Assembly (NCBI GenBank): GCA_963676915.2
Contig: CAXXVK010000067.1
Coordinates: forward strand, 64,001-128,000
Length of the DNA stretch: 64,000 bases
Reading direction: 5' to 3'
DNA from: Myxococcota bacterium
GTDB taxonomy: Bacteria; Myxococcota_A; SURF-8; G963663525
Shown here: in pieces, positions 17,189 to 27,601 of the stretch
Numbering within the stretch: the stretch's first letter is position 1
Layout of the letters: each line of letters starts with the position of its first letter
Notes under the pieces: model-generated
Told to the model about the DNA's origin: nothing
The model's input: only the letters and a program-made list of their open reading frames with translations
Databases searched by the model: none
Translations under genes and position numbers: made by a program

Positions 17189-17990
17189 CGGCTATCAATT
17201 ATACACTCAAAGTTTCGAACCCGAAAACCCCGTGGCCGCGCTGGTCATTTTTCATGGATACGGCGAGCATATCGACCGTTATCGTCATGTGGTCGCGCAT
17301 TATTACGAAAAAGGTTATGCCTGTTATCTGCTCGATCATCGTGGGCACGGACGCTCTCAGGGGCGTCGTGGTCATGTGATGCAGTGGCGGGAATATCTGG
17401 ATGACGCCGAATGCTTCTGGAATGAAATCGTGGCTCCGAAATGGGAAAACGGTCCGGTCTGGTTGCTGGGCCACTCCATGGGCGGATTGATTGCCGCATC
17501 CTACGTGCTGGACAAGAAGCCGGTTTTGAAAGGGCTGATTCTTTCCTCTCCGTTTTTCGGACTCAAAGCCAAAGTGAATATCGCGAAGTTGATCGCGGGA
17601 CAGATCATGAGCAGGATCGTACCGACGCTTTCCCTCAAGACCGATATCGAGCCTGCTTTGCTGACCCACCAACAGGAATTCGTCCGGGAATACGAGGAAG
17701 ATCCGCACGTGCACAAAGTGGCCAACGCTCGTTGGTTCACAGAGACGTTGAAGACCCAGGAGCATTGTCTCAAGGACGCCTCGTTGCTCGAAACACCCAA
17801 CCTGCTCGTGGTTCAGGGTGGAGATGATCAGATCGTCGATCCGTCGGTCAGCCGGGCGTTTTACGACCGCGTGGCCGTTGAAGACAAGAAGTTCATCTTA
17901 TACGAAGGTTTTTATCACGAAGTGCTCAACGAAACGGATCGGGAGCGGGTTTTTGTCGATCTCGACGCCTGGTTGGATGAAAGGGTGTAG
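17154..17990 (+). CDS. Alpha/beta hydrolase, lysophospholipase/monoacylglycerol lipase family
   Basis: HGYGEH, DHRGHGRSQG, GHSMGG nucleophile, GDDQIV and YHEVLNE. Confidence 0.92.
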   Translation: MQCEEKTIRAADGYQLYTQSFEPENPVAALVIFHGYGEHIDRYRHVVAHYYEKGYACYLLDHRGHGRSQGRRGHVMQWREYLDDAECFWNEIVAPKWENGPVWLLGHSMGGLIAASYVLDKKPVLKGLILSSPFFGLKAKVNIAKLIAGQIMSRIVPTLSLKTDIEPALLTHQQEFVREYEEDPHVHKVANARWFTETLKTQEHCLKDASLLETPNLLVVQGGDDQIVDPSVSRAFYDRVAVEDKKFILYEGFYHEVLNETDRERVFVDLDAWLDERV

Positions 17991-17992
17991 GA

Positions 17993-18931
17993 ATGGACCC
18001 CCAAAAATTGGAAAAACTCAATAAACTGAAGGATTCACGATCGGTCAAGGCGATTCGTCGTTCGAAAGGTCGCTATCTGGTTCCCAACGCGATTACGGCG
18101 CTCAGTTTGATTTTGGGTATCGTGTCGATCGTTATGGCTCTTAAAGGGAACCTCGTTCCCGCTGGTTGGACCATTCTGCTTTGTGCCATTCTCGATCGTC
18201 TGGACGGTCCGACGGCCCGTGCTCTGGATGCTTCCTCTGCGTTCGGTGGAGAGATGGACAGTTTTGCCGATTACACATCGTTCGGTGTGGCTCCGGCGAT
18301 TCTCGTGTTTTCGTCGCTCGGTCCTTCGGCTCCGGCAGGATTTTCCCTCCAGGGCGGCGAGGAATATTTCCTTTACGCTACGGTGATTATCTGGGCGTTG
18401 TTTGCTGCCATGCGCCTTGCGCGTTTCAATATCACTTCATTACCCAACAATCCGTACATGATCGGTATGCCTGCCCCGGCGGCTGGGACGATTGTCATTA
18501 CCATTCTGTTGATCGGATTGATGCGGCACGAGTATTCCTACGGACTGGCTCTTTTGGGTGTCATTCCTTATTTCATGCTGTTTTTCGCCTTGATGATGAT
18601 TTCCCGCATCCCCAGTTTGAAAAATTCCAAAGGTCGTGGTTGGCACTCGGAAAAATTCGAGCGAGGAGCCAGTGTGGTGATTTTCTTCCTGGTGATTACC
18701 CGAATGCTTCCGGAGATTCTCTTTTTCCTTGCCATCGCCTACATTATATTGGCCTTCGGATGGCCCCTGTTCCATCGTGAACGAGTGCAGGAAGAGTTGA
18801 AAAACCTTGGAATGCAGCTTGAAACGGGGACACTTCAGGTAGAGGAAGTCGAGGAAGACCTCTACGAAGAGGATGACTCCGATGATGCGGAAGGCGATTC
18901 CGAAAAAAGCACGGACGGAAACGAAAAATGA
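17993..18931 (+). CDS. pssA: CDP-alcohol phosphatidyltransferase (PssA-like)
   Basis: PNAIT, DRLDGPTARAL..SAFGGEMDSFADYTSFGVAP, RLARFN and GMPAP. Acidic C-terminal tail. Confidence 0.8.
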   Translation: MDPQKLEKLNKLKDSRSVKAIRRSKGRYLVPNAITALSLILGIVSIVMALKGNLVPAGWTILLCAILDRLDGPTARALDASSAFGGEMDSFADYTSFGVAPAILVFSSLGPSAPAGFSLQGGEEYFLYATVIIWALFAAMRLARFNITSLPNNPYMIGMPAPAAGTIVITILLIGLMRHEYSYGLALLGVIPYFMLFFALMMISRIPSLKNSKGRGWHSEKFERGASVVIFFLVITRMLPEILFFLAIAYIILAFGWPLFHRERVQEELKNLGMQLETGTLQVEEVEEDLYEEDDSDDAEGDSEKSTDGNEK

Positions 18932-20103
18932 CGGTTGCGACGGGTCTGGATCGCTGGCTGAACGGTTCGGTTGACCTCCCGGGACACCGGGCCGCAGTAT
19001 TGTGTCACGCCGCGAGTGTAGACCGTCGTCTGAGGCATATCGTCAATCTCATTGGTGAAGATTCCCGCCTGGAAATCGTTCGCATCCTGGGACCGGAACA
19101 CGGGTTTCTGGGGGCGGCACAGGATATGGAGCCGGTTGAAGGCGGTTTCGTCTGGCGGGGCATTCCTGTCACCAGTCTTTATGGATTTACGGAAAAAGAA
19201 CTAAAGCCGACGCCCGAGGATTTCGATGGGGCGGATTTCCTGCTTGTGGATTTGCAGGATGTCGGTTCTCGCTATTACACCTATGCCGCCACCATGGCTT
19301 TTTGCATGGAAACGGCGGCGGATATCGGCTTGCCGGTTGTCGTGTTGGACCGTCCCAATCCCATCGGGGGGCGCATCGAAGGTTTTTCCCTGGAGGAAGC
19401 ATTTCGCTCTTTTGTGGGAATTTTGCCGGTCCCGACACGTCATGGCCTGACGATCGGTGAGTTGGCAAAGGTGGTCCATGGTGAAATGCGACCCGATGTG
19501 CAGCTTCAGGTCGTTGATATGGAGGGTTGGCAGCGCTCGATGTATTTCGAGCAAACCGGCTTGCCCTGGGTCATGCCTTCGCCCAATATGCCGACGGTGG
19601 ACACGGCTGTGGTCTATCCGGGAGGTTGCCTGCTGGAAGGCACCAATCTGTCCGAGGGACGTGGCACTACCCGTCCGTTCGAACTGTTTGGCGCACCTTG
19701 GCTCGATGTAGATCGAATCTTGGCGAAATTGTCTGACGAGGATCTGCGAGGATGCGCGCTTCGGACGGTGGAGTTTCTTCCGACGTTCCAGAAATGGGCC
19801 GGGAAATCCTGCCGGGGATTTCAGCTTCATGTTACCGACCGAGAACGTTTCGACTCGATTCGCACCTATTTGGCGCTGCTTGTCGCGATTTTTCAGGTTC
19901 ATTCTTCCTCTTTCGCTTGGCGCAACGACGAATACGAGTTCGTCGGCGACCGGCTCGCCTTCGATCTGCTGATCGGTCACGACCGGGTTCGTTCCCGCCT
20001 TGAGGCGGGAGAAGGAATCGAAGCGTTGCTTGAGTTGTCGAAAGCCACGGTCGAAGCGTTCGCCGAATCCCGCAACCGTTATCTGATCTATCCCGAATCA
20101 TGA
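18928..20103 (+). CDS. DUF1343 / exo-beta-N-acetylmuramidase NamZ family protein
   Basis: GPEHGF, SLYG, DLQDVGSRYYTY, LDRPNPIGG, PSPNMP and SEGRGTTRPFE. Confidence 0.9.
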   Translation: MTVATGLDRWLNGSVDLPGHRAAVLCHAASVDRRLRHIVNLIGEDSRLEIVRILGPEHGFLGAAQDMEPVEGGFVWRGIPVTSLYGFTEKELKPTPEDFDGADFLLVDLQDVGSRYYTYAATMAFCMETAADIGLPVVVLDRPNPIGGRIEGFSLEEAFRSFVGILPVPTRHGLTIGELAKVVHGEMRPDVQLQVVDMEGWQRSMYFEQTGLPWVMPSPNMPTVDTAVVYPGGCLLEGTNLSEGRGTTRPFELFGAPWLDVDRILAKLSDEDLRGCALRTVEFLPTFQKWAGKSCRGFQLHVTDRERFDSIRTYLALLVAIFQVHSSSFAWRNDEYEFVGDRLAFDLLIGHDRVRSRLEAGEGIEALLELSKATVEAFAESRNRYLIYPES

Positions 20104-21422
20104 ATTCCACCCGCAACGCGCCTGGCACCGGGAAGACTTTTGGCCCCTATCGACTCGTTCAGTTGCTGGGACAGGGAGGGATGGCCAAGGTCTGGATGGC
20201 GCAAAAAAACGAGGCTTCGGGAATGTTGCCTCGTTTCGCGGTGAAAGTCATTCACGACCATTTAAGCGGTCAGGAACGCTTCCAGGATCTCTTTCAGCGT
20301 GAGGCACGGATTCACGTCGGATTGAACCACCCGAACCTCGTCAAAGCGTTCGAAGTGGTGCGAGAAGGTGATCGGCTGGCGCTTGTCATGGAGCTGCTGG
20401 ACGGCAGCCTCGATAACGTTACGGCGAAATGGACGCCGGAACAGGTTGCCGAAATGATTCGTCAGGCGGCCTTTGCACTGGATTACCTGCACCATCCGCC
20501 GGAGAAAGAGACACGTTCTCCCCTCATTCATCGGGATCTTTCACCTTCCAACCTGCTTCTCGATTGTTTCGGTACGTTGAAAATCGGGGATTTCGGGATT
20601 GCTCGGTTATCGTATAGCAGCGGACTGACTGCCTTTACTCCGGGAAAACCGTTTTACATGGCGCCGGAACAGTTCGAAGGTCAAGTAACCTCGGCGAGCG
20701 ATATTTATTCCTTGGGCGTGGTCGCACTGGAGAAATGGAAGGGTAGGGAACTTTTTCGTGGAGAGCAAAAGCGAGAGACGCGACACGAACGTACCCTGGA
20801 GGCCCTGGAAAGTCTCACCGCGATACATGAAGAGTTGGTGGGTCTGCTTCGTGAGATGCTGCAAAACGATCCGAAGAGCCGTCCCACAGCAGCCCGGATC
20901 GTCGAGCGGTTGTCTGCACCTCATTGGAAAGGCGATGCATTGGCGCTAAAAGGGATGGTAGCGAAGCGTAATCGCTCGCTCACCACGCCTTCCGCCTCTC
21001 CGGTTTCTTCGACACCGGTTATGGGGATCGGCAAACCTCCCAAAATGGAAGCCCCCAAAAACGAGGTAACGCCGACAGGAAAACGGCTGCGTTTTCCGGT
21101 GCTCGGGCTTATCCTGGTGGTTGTAGCGTTCTTCCTGTTTCTTTCCGTGCGATGGGGACAGAATGAAAGCGAAGCACCTCTTACCGGCTTCGGATCGGTT
21201 GTGGAAACCGTGACGCCGGAAATGTACGACGCCCTTGTGGTCGTCTCGGCAAAGACCCGGCACGATGTTTTTCTGGACGGCAAACCCGTTGGGGTTACTC
21301 CTGTCAACCTGCGATTGCCCGTTGGGCGGCATGTGGTGGCTGTCCGCAAGGGAGATCAACCCATGCGGAGCAAAACGTTTGTTGCCGTTCGTGGGGCCAA
21401 CGCAGAACTTTACTTCAAATAA
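20100..21422 (+). CDS. Hanks-type Ser/Thr protein kinase with TM helix and C-terminal PEGA-like domain
   Basis: LGQGGMAKV, AVK, HRDLSPSNLL, DFGIA, YMAPEQ and SDIYSLG. One TM helix, then VFLDGKPVGVTP...GRHVV. Confidence 0.92.
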   Translation: MNSTRNAPGTGKTFGPYRLVQLLGQGGMAKVWMAQKNEASGMLPRFAVKVIHDHLSGQERFQDLFQREARIHVGLNHPNLVKAFEVVREGDRLALVMELLDGSLDNVTAKWTPEQVAEMIRQAAFALDYLHHPPEKETRSPLIHRDLSPSNLLLDCFGTLKIGDFGIARLSYSSGLTAFTPGKPFYMAPEQFEGQVTSASDIYSLGVVALEKWKGRELFRGEQKRETRHERTLEALESLTAIHEELVGLLREMLQNDPKSRPTAARIVERLSAPHWKGDALALKGMVAKRNRSLTTPSASPVSSTPVMGIGKPPKMEAPKNEVTPTGKRLRFPVLGLILVVVAFFLFLSVRWGQNESEAPLTGFGSVVETVTPEMYDALVVVSAKTRHDVFLDGKPVGVTPVNLRLPVGRHVVAVRKGDQPMRSKTFVAVRGANAELYFK

Positions 21423-21540
21423 TTTTAGACGATTTTCGAGAAGAAGGCCGGAATGGAGTCTATTGAAGGTATAAAACAATGCTTAATACTGTAAAATAAC
21501 ACTTAATTAAATTTAATTTATATCAACTCTGCAAAATTGA

Positions 21541-21569
21541 TTGACAAGCGATATTTTATGGTCTACAAT
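21541..21569 (+). promoter_or_regulatory. Sigma70 promoter
   Basis: TTGACA-17 bp-TACAAT with an AT-rich upstream element. Confidence 0.75.
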
Positions 21570-21602
21570 CAGTGTAAACAAGTCAAGATAACCGAGAGGT
21601 GA

Positions 21603-22103
21603 GTGATGCCTGATCCTTTTACCAAAACCGAACTGAAAAAATTGTCGAGCGATTATCCCAATGGAATCTCCTCGCAGGAAATCGTTCAGCTTTTCCGTGA
21701 ACGCGGATTCAAGTTCTCCGAAGCGACATTCCGCAAATACGTCCAGATGGGATTGGTCGAGCGCTGCCGCCGGGTCGGTCGTAAGGGCAAGCATCGGGGA
21801 AGCCGTGGTCTGTACCCGATTTCCACGATCGAACGGATCAATACGATCAAACGGATGATTTCGGGCGACATGACGTTGGAGCAGTTGCGAGGATCGTACT
21901 TCCAGCTTCGCCAGCGCGTGGAAGAGGTGGACCGCATCTTGATGGAAGTCCAACACGAAATCACCCGCCAGGAAGAGCAGAAGGAGCGTAAGGACCGCCA
22001 GGACGCCGCGATTCGTCGTGACGTGGAGCAAATCAGCAAAACGGTCCGACGCCTGATCCGCAAGCTTGAAACGCTGGAAAACGCTTACCTTCCCAGGCGC
22101 TAA
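21603..22103 (+). CDS. MerR-like winged-helix DNA-binding protein with coiled-coil C-terminus
   Basis: SEATFRKYVQMGLV...GLYP...IERINTIKRM...MTLEQL, followed by a heptad-rich helix. Confidence 0.7.
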   Translation: MMPDPFTKTELKKLSSDYPNGISSQEIVQLFRERGFKFSEATFRKYVQMGLVERCRRVGRKGKHRGSRGLYPISTIERINTIKRMISGDMTLEQLRGSYFQLRQRVEEVDRILMEVQHEITRQEEQKERKDRQDAAIRRDVEQISKTVRRLIRKLETLENAYLPRR

Positions 22104-22233
22104 GAACGGCTTGTCTTTCTCCGGAGAATGATATTCCTTACGTTTTCCGGAGAAGATACCCCAACTTATTGGAACATTTCGCTCCAAAAGGCTTGGTTTT
22201 CACACTTTTTTCACAAAACCGGGCAAATGGGGA

Positions 22234-22262
22234 TTGACAATGTTGCGCCCATCCATTACTAA
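22234..22262 (+). promoter_or_regulatory. Probable sigma70 promoter
   Basis: TTGACA-17 bp-TACTAA. Confidence 0.45.
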
Positions 22263-22367
22263 ACCATCTTTGTGAATGGCTGAATGCCGATTGAAATCGA
22301 TGGTTTATTGGGCGTGCCGTCCTCAGCTACTATGGAATACTATGTGTGCTTCTAGGGAGGGGAGATC

Positions 22368-22781
22368 GTGTCGAGAAAAAAAGCCAACATGAAGAAGCAG
22401 GAGTTGGAAGAATTACGTAGGCAAAATGCCGAGCCGGAAATGGCCCACTGGATCGATGTTGCCGATCACGTGCGGCCAACCGAGCGCAAGCAATGTATGA
22501 ACGAAAAACGACCTTGCCTTTTTGTATCCTGCAAACATCATTTGTACCTGGATGTAAATCCTGAAACGGGATCGATCAAATTCAATTTCCCTGAAAAAGA
22601 AGTATGGGAAATGAAAGAAACCTGTTCTCTGGATGTGGCCGACCGTGGGGGAATCACCCTGGAGGAAGTCGGCGAAATTCTCAACCTGACGCGTGAACGT
22701 ATCCGCCAGGTCGAGGTCAAGGGCTTGACCAAGCTCAAGCACCAATCCCGCAAAAACAATCTCAAGGATTTCATAAGCTAA
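22368..22781 (+). CDS. Sigma-70 region 4-like HTH protein with Cys/His-rich N-terminal domain
   Basis: C-terminal [24 protein letters not shown] closely follows RpoD region 4.2. N-terminal C-x6-C-x4-C-x-HH...TC. No region 2. GGAGG SD. Confidence 0.85.
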   Translation: MSRKKANMKKQELEELRRQNAEPEMAHWIDVADHVRPTERKQCMNEKRPCLFVSCKHHLYLDVNPETGSIKFNFPEKEVWEMKETCSLDVADRGGITLEEVGEILNLTRERIRQVEVKGLTKLKHQSRKNNLKDFIS

Positions 22782-22849
22782 CGAAACTCCAGATTGTTTT
22801 TCAGGCCAAAACGCTAGCAAAGAAAATTGGTGGCGATTCTCGGGGGGAA

Positions 22850-23323
22850 TCAGCGTCGTAGTGTGGCGATGAGCCGGAGTGGATCGAGAAGAAGATCCAG
22901 GCCGGTTTCAATGCTCGGTACTACTGCATCCGACGCCAGCAGAGCCGAGGAGGCTGCACCTTCGTTGGGACTTAGAATCGCTATTCCGATGGCGGCGTCT
23001 TGCAAGGCTCCGGCATCGTTGGCACCGTTGCCGAAAACGACGGTCCGGTCGGCTCCGAGGGTATGGAGAATTCTACGTTTGGCTTCAATGGCGTTTTCGC
23101 TGGCGTCGAGAATTTCCACCTGCGCACCCAATCGTTCCGCAATGGCGCGTCCCTTGCCCCGAGTATCGCTTGTGACAAGGTGAATCGTGAGTTTTTCCGA
23201 AAGTTTACGGACTTTCTCCACCGTCTCTTCCGAAATTTCGCCTAACTCCGCGAGCGTGCCGTTTACATCGAAAAAGGCGTGTTCCAGGGTCAGCGTTTTC
23301 CAACCGGGAATGTCGATTTTCAT
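22850..23323 (-). CDS. HAD-family hydrolase (soluble P-type ATPase-like phosphatase)
   Basis: DVNGTL, TSDT, K and GNGAND motifs. Confidence 0.85.
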   Translation of the reverse strand: MKIDIPGWKTLTLEHAFFDVNGTLAELGEISEETVEKVRKLSEKLTIHLVTSDTRGKGRAIAERLGAQVEILDASENAIEAKRRILHTLGADRTVVFGNGANDAGALQDAAIGIAILSPNEGAASSALLASDAVVPSIETGLDLLLDPLRLIATLRR

Positions 23324-23380
23324 GGCGATGTCTCCATAAGTTCGTGAGATTTCAACCAAGAAAAAGTGCTGTCGAAAGGG

Positions 23381-25465
23381 TTAGCCCATCCAGCGCAACA
23401 AAAGCACTTCGGCGAAAAAGATCAGCAATATCAAACCCATCAACGATCCTGCCCACTCGCTTCGCAGGTTGGCGTCATGACCTTGACCCATGGGGCTAAG
23501 ACTGCCGGACAATACGGCGAGATCGCCTGGTTCAACAGGCATCAAATCGGATTCTTCAGGCTCCAGACCGGCGGAGAATGTCGAGGTGTGGTTTTTATCT
23601 TGGATGCGCCAGATTCCCGGTTGATCGATAAACGGAATCAGCAGTTCGTCACCTGTCGGTTTGATTTCGGTTTTTGCGCCGTTGGGGGCGAAAACTTCGA
23701 TGTTTCCTTCCAGATTGGAACCAACGATAACGTGCTTCGAACCTACCGTAGCCACTCGGGGGATTCGGCTGTCCGTGCGACCGGACAGGTAATGGGCAAT
23801 TTCCTGCATAAGTGCCAAAAAGCCGGGTTGAATCGGTAGGTTGGTCCATTGGCGGTCCACAGTGGAGGTGTAAAGGATCGAACGACCGCTGCCATAAGGA
23901 ACTTCCACCAAAGCCGGTTGGTGGTTCGTGTATCGGGCGAGGATGGTTTTTGATTTCGCCGGTTCCGGGTCGTAAAGATAGTAGTGATCGAAGGTCGCGT
24001 GATACAGGCTGGCGGCGGTTTCCTCGTTGAATACACGAAAGACGGGATGACCGAAGGCCAGTTGGGAGAGGTTCAGTGCGGCGGCGTTTTCCTCCGATGC
24101 CGTGGCGATTCTCGCCGCCTTGGCTCCCCGAAGTCGTCCGGGAAGCATGGGGCTAAGACCTTCGTTCAGGTCGTCCACCGCCAGTTTTTCGCCGGTACTG
24201 ACGAACAACCCGCCGCCACCGTATACGAATTCCCTGATTCGCATGGCGGCGTCCAGCGGTAATAAGCTTAAATGGCAAAGGAAAATTACGTCGAAATCCT
24301 CGAACGTCATGCCGGGGAGCTGGTCTACCGTTATTTGTCGGACATGCACTTGGGAGCGACCATCTCCCCCCGGATCGAGGGCGCTGGCGAGGTAAAACGC
24401 TTCGTCTTTCAGGCGTATTGTGGATGGTTCCCCCGAGACGATCAGAGCGCGGACTTCTTTTCCTGTGTCGATAATCAGCGACCGTCGATTGTCTGGGGCA
24501 AGGGCGTCGTCGGGAAGACGAATCTCCAAGTTGACCAGTCCAGACGATGCGAAACCATGCACGAACTCTTTGACTTCTTTCGAACGCGGGGCAAGGTCCA
24601 AAAAGCCACCCGCTACCGTTTTGCCTTCGCTGAGCAGGCTGATGGGGTAGTTGTTGAGCGCAGTGGCTCCCCAGTTGGCGACGGTCGCTTGGATTGACCA
24701 CACCGGTAGACCGCCGACGTACGTTTTTTCGGCGGTTATATCTTCCACCGAAACGTTAGGCAGCGGTTGTCTGTCGCGTACGTCCACCGGAACCAACAAT
24801 GGATCGTCCGGGTTGCCGGGCAGGGGCGAGCTTTCGAGACGATAGCCCTTGGAAAAATCCCCTACAAGGTAGATCAATTTCATTTCCTGAGGAGAATCTC
24901 TCAGCAATGCCAGCGCTTTTTCGATACCCATGGAGAGATCCGTGGATAAAAAGCCGGGCGTGATGGTGTCGAGCGTGTTCAGCAAAAGACCACGGTCGAA
25001 GGTAAGCTCGGTGGCATCACGCGGTTCCGAGCGTGAAAACGGCACGATAGCCGCACGATCCGTGGTGGGAAAGCTCTGTACCAACTCGTAGCTTTTTTTC
25101 CTTGCCAGATCGAACAGACTGCGACCCTCGTGCATGGCCTGCATGCTCAAGGAGGTATCCAGCAGGATCACCCGGCTGGCGGGTTTATCTTGCAAGGCGG
25201 CGGTCTCTATGGCGTTTTCAGGTGCCGTGAATGGCCGAGAGACGATCAAAACGGCCAGAATAATCAGCAGAATTCGCAACAACAACAACAGGATTTGCTT
25301 GATTTTGATCGAACGTGCCAGCTTTTTGTTGGAAAGTTGCACGAAGCGGAACGCCGCAAAAGGAACGATGCGCGCCCGTCGGCGGTTGATCAAATGGATG
25401 ATGATCGGCAGGGAAGCCAACAGCAATCCAGCCAGCAATCCCGGATGAAAGAACCCGAAATTCAT
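23381..25465 (-). CDS. BatA-domain / VWA-domain membrane protein
   Basis: LPIIIHLINRRR...LLLRIL...RP BatA motif, LLDTSLSM MIDAS, LAPDN, WTNLP and a C-terminal ESD + TM helix. Start overlaps the DUF58 stop. Confidence 0.88.
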   Translation of the reverse strand: MNFGFFHPGLLAGLLLASLPIIIHLINRRRARIVPFAAFRFVQLSNKKLARSIKIKQILLLLLRILLIILAVLIVSRPFTAPENAIETAALQDKPASRVILLDTSLSMQAMHEGRSLFDLARKKSYELVQSFPTTDRAAIVPFSRSEPRDATELTFDRGLLLNTLDTITPGFLSTDLSMGIEKALALLRDSPQEMKLIYLVGDFSKGYRLESSPLPGNPDDPLLVPVDVRDRQPLPNVSVEDITAEKTYVGGLPVWSIQATVANWGATALNNYPISLLSEGKTVAGGFLDLAPRSKEVKEFVHGFASSGLVNLEIRLPDDALAPDNRRSLIIDTGKEVRALIVSGEPSTIRLKDEAFYLASALDPGGDGRSQVHVRQITVDQLPGMTFEDFDVIFLCHLSLLPLDAAMRIREFVYGGGGLFVSTGEKLAVDDLNEGLSPMLPGRLRGAKAARIATASEENAAALNLSQLAFGHPVFRVFNEETAASLYHATFDHYYLYDPEPAKSKTILARYTNHQPALVEVPYGSGRSILYTSTVDRQWTNLPIQPGFLALMQEIAHYLSGRTDSRIPRVATVGSKHVIVGSNLEGNIEVFAPNGAKTEIKPTGDELLIPFIDQPGIWRIQDKNHTSTFSAGLEPEESDLMPVEPGDLAVLSGSLSPMGQGHDANLRSEWAGSLMGLILLIFFAEVLLLRWMG

Positions 25466-26361
25466 CAGCCCCCCCTCGACAACAGAAAAGACAGCAACGT
25501 GCCTTCCACGGCGTCGTCCGTGCGTACGCGGCGATATTCGATGCCTCGGGAGCGGCAGTCCTTTGCCAACTGGTCGGCCCATCCAAGAAAGACTTTGAGG
25601 TATTCTTTGCGAATGGCTTCCGGGTCGGCCAGCAGGCGTTCGTCGCCCTCCATGTCCTCGAAAAGACTGAGATGTTCGAAACGGAAGTCCAACTCGTCCG
25701 GGTGCAGAACGTGAAACAGCACCACTTCGTTATGACGCGCTTTGAGTCGTGCAAGCATCTGTACGATGTCGGTTTCCGGGTCGAACAGGTCGCTGACCAC
25801 GATGATCAGGTTGCGTCCGTGCACGGTTTCCGCCAGAAAACGCAGTGGGGTTTTAAGGTCGGTTTCGCCTTCGGGAGAAAGTTCCACGAGGGTGTGTAGC
25901 AATTCCTGAAAATGACTGCTGGCCGAACGTGGAGGCATGTAGCGCAACACGCGGTCATTGAAGCCGAGCAGTGCCGGAGAATCCTGTTGGCGGATCAGCA
26001 GAAACGCCAGGGCGGCGGTCATTACTCTCGCATATTCGAGTTTGTTCGTGTCGTCGCTTCCATATCCCATGGAACCGGAGGCGTCGATCAGCAGATAACC
26101 GCGCAGATTGGTTTCATCTTCGAATTTTTTGACATAAAACCGGTCGAAACGTCCGTATGCCTTCCAGTCGATGTGCCGGGTGTCGTCGCCCTGGGAATAT
26201 TCCTTGTGTTCGGCGAATTCGATGGACGAGCCATGTTGGGGCGATTTGTGCAGTCCCGTCAACACGCCATCGACGACGCGGTTGGCCTTGAGTTGCAGAT
26301 TCTGCAAGCGGGCCAGCAACTCGGGTGTGAGCAGCAATTGATCCTGCACCGGGGCGGTCAT
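25465..26361 (-). CDS. DUF58 (VWA-like) protein
   Basis: GSSIEFAEHKEYSQGDDTRHIDWK, VKKFEDE, DASGSM and VSD. Confidence 0.92.
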   Translation of the reverse strand: MTAPVQDQLLLTPELLARLQNLQLKANRVVDGVLTGLHKSPQHGSSIEFAEHKEYSQGDDTRHIDWKAYGRFDRFYVKKFEDETNLRGYLLIDASGSMGYGSDDTNKLEYARVMTAALAFLLIRQQDSPALLGFNDRVLRYMPPRSASSHFQELLHTLVELSPEGETDLKTPLRFLAETVHGRNLIIVVSDLFDPETDIVQMLARLKARHNEVVLFHVLHPDELDFRFEHLSLFEDMEGDERLLADPEAIRKEYLKVFLGWADQLAKDCRSRGIEYRRVRTDDAVEGTLLSFLLSRGG

Positions 26362-26368
26362 GGAGAGA

Positions 26369-27391
<1,023 letters not shown>

Positions 27392-27540
27392 GGCTTTGTC
27401 CGTTCGTTTCGCGGTGGTTTCCTATAAGAAACGCACGACTTGTCGAAAATATTCCGGCATTGTAGTGCGGAATGTTTCTAGACGATAGAGCTTTTCACGT
27501 TTTTTTCGTTTTTTACACGAAACGCAAAAATTGGGGCGAT

Positions 27541-27599
27541 TTTTCACGAAAAAACCGGAGCTAAAAAACTCCGGTTCGGAATGGTAACAAACGGGTTTG
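27541..27599 (-). repeat. 59-bp direct repeat copy 1 (contains terminator hairpin), downstream of the YD-like gene
   Basis: ttttcacgaaaaaaccggagctaaaaaActccggttcggaatggTaacaaacgggtttg, 57/59 identical to 29464-29522. Confidence 0.92.
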
Positions 27600-27601
27600 T
27601 A

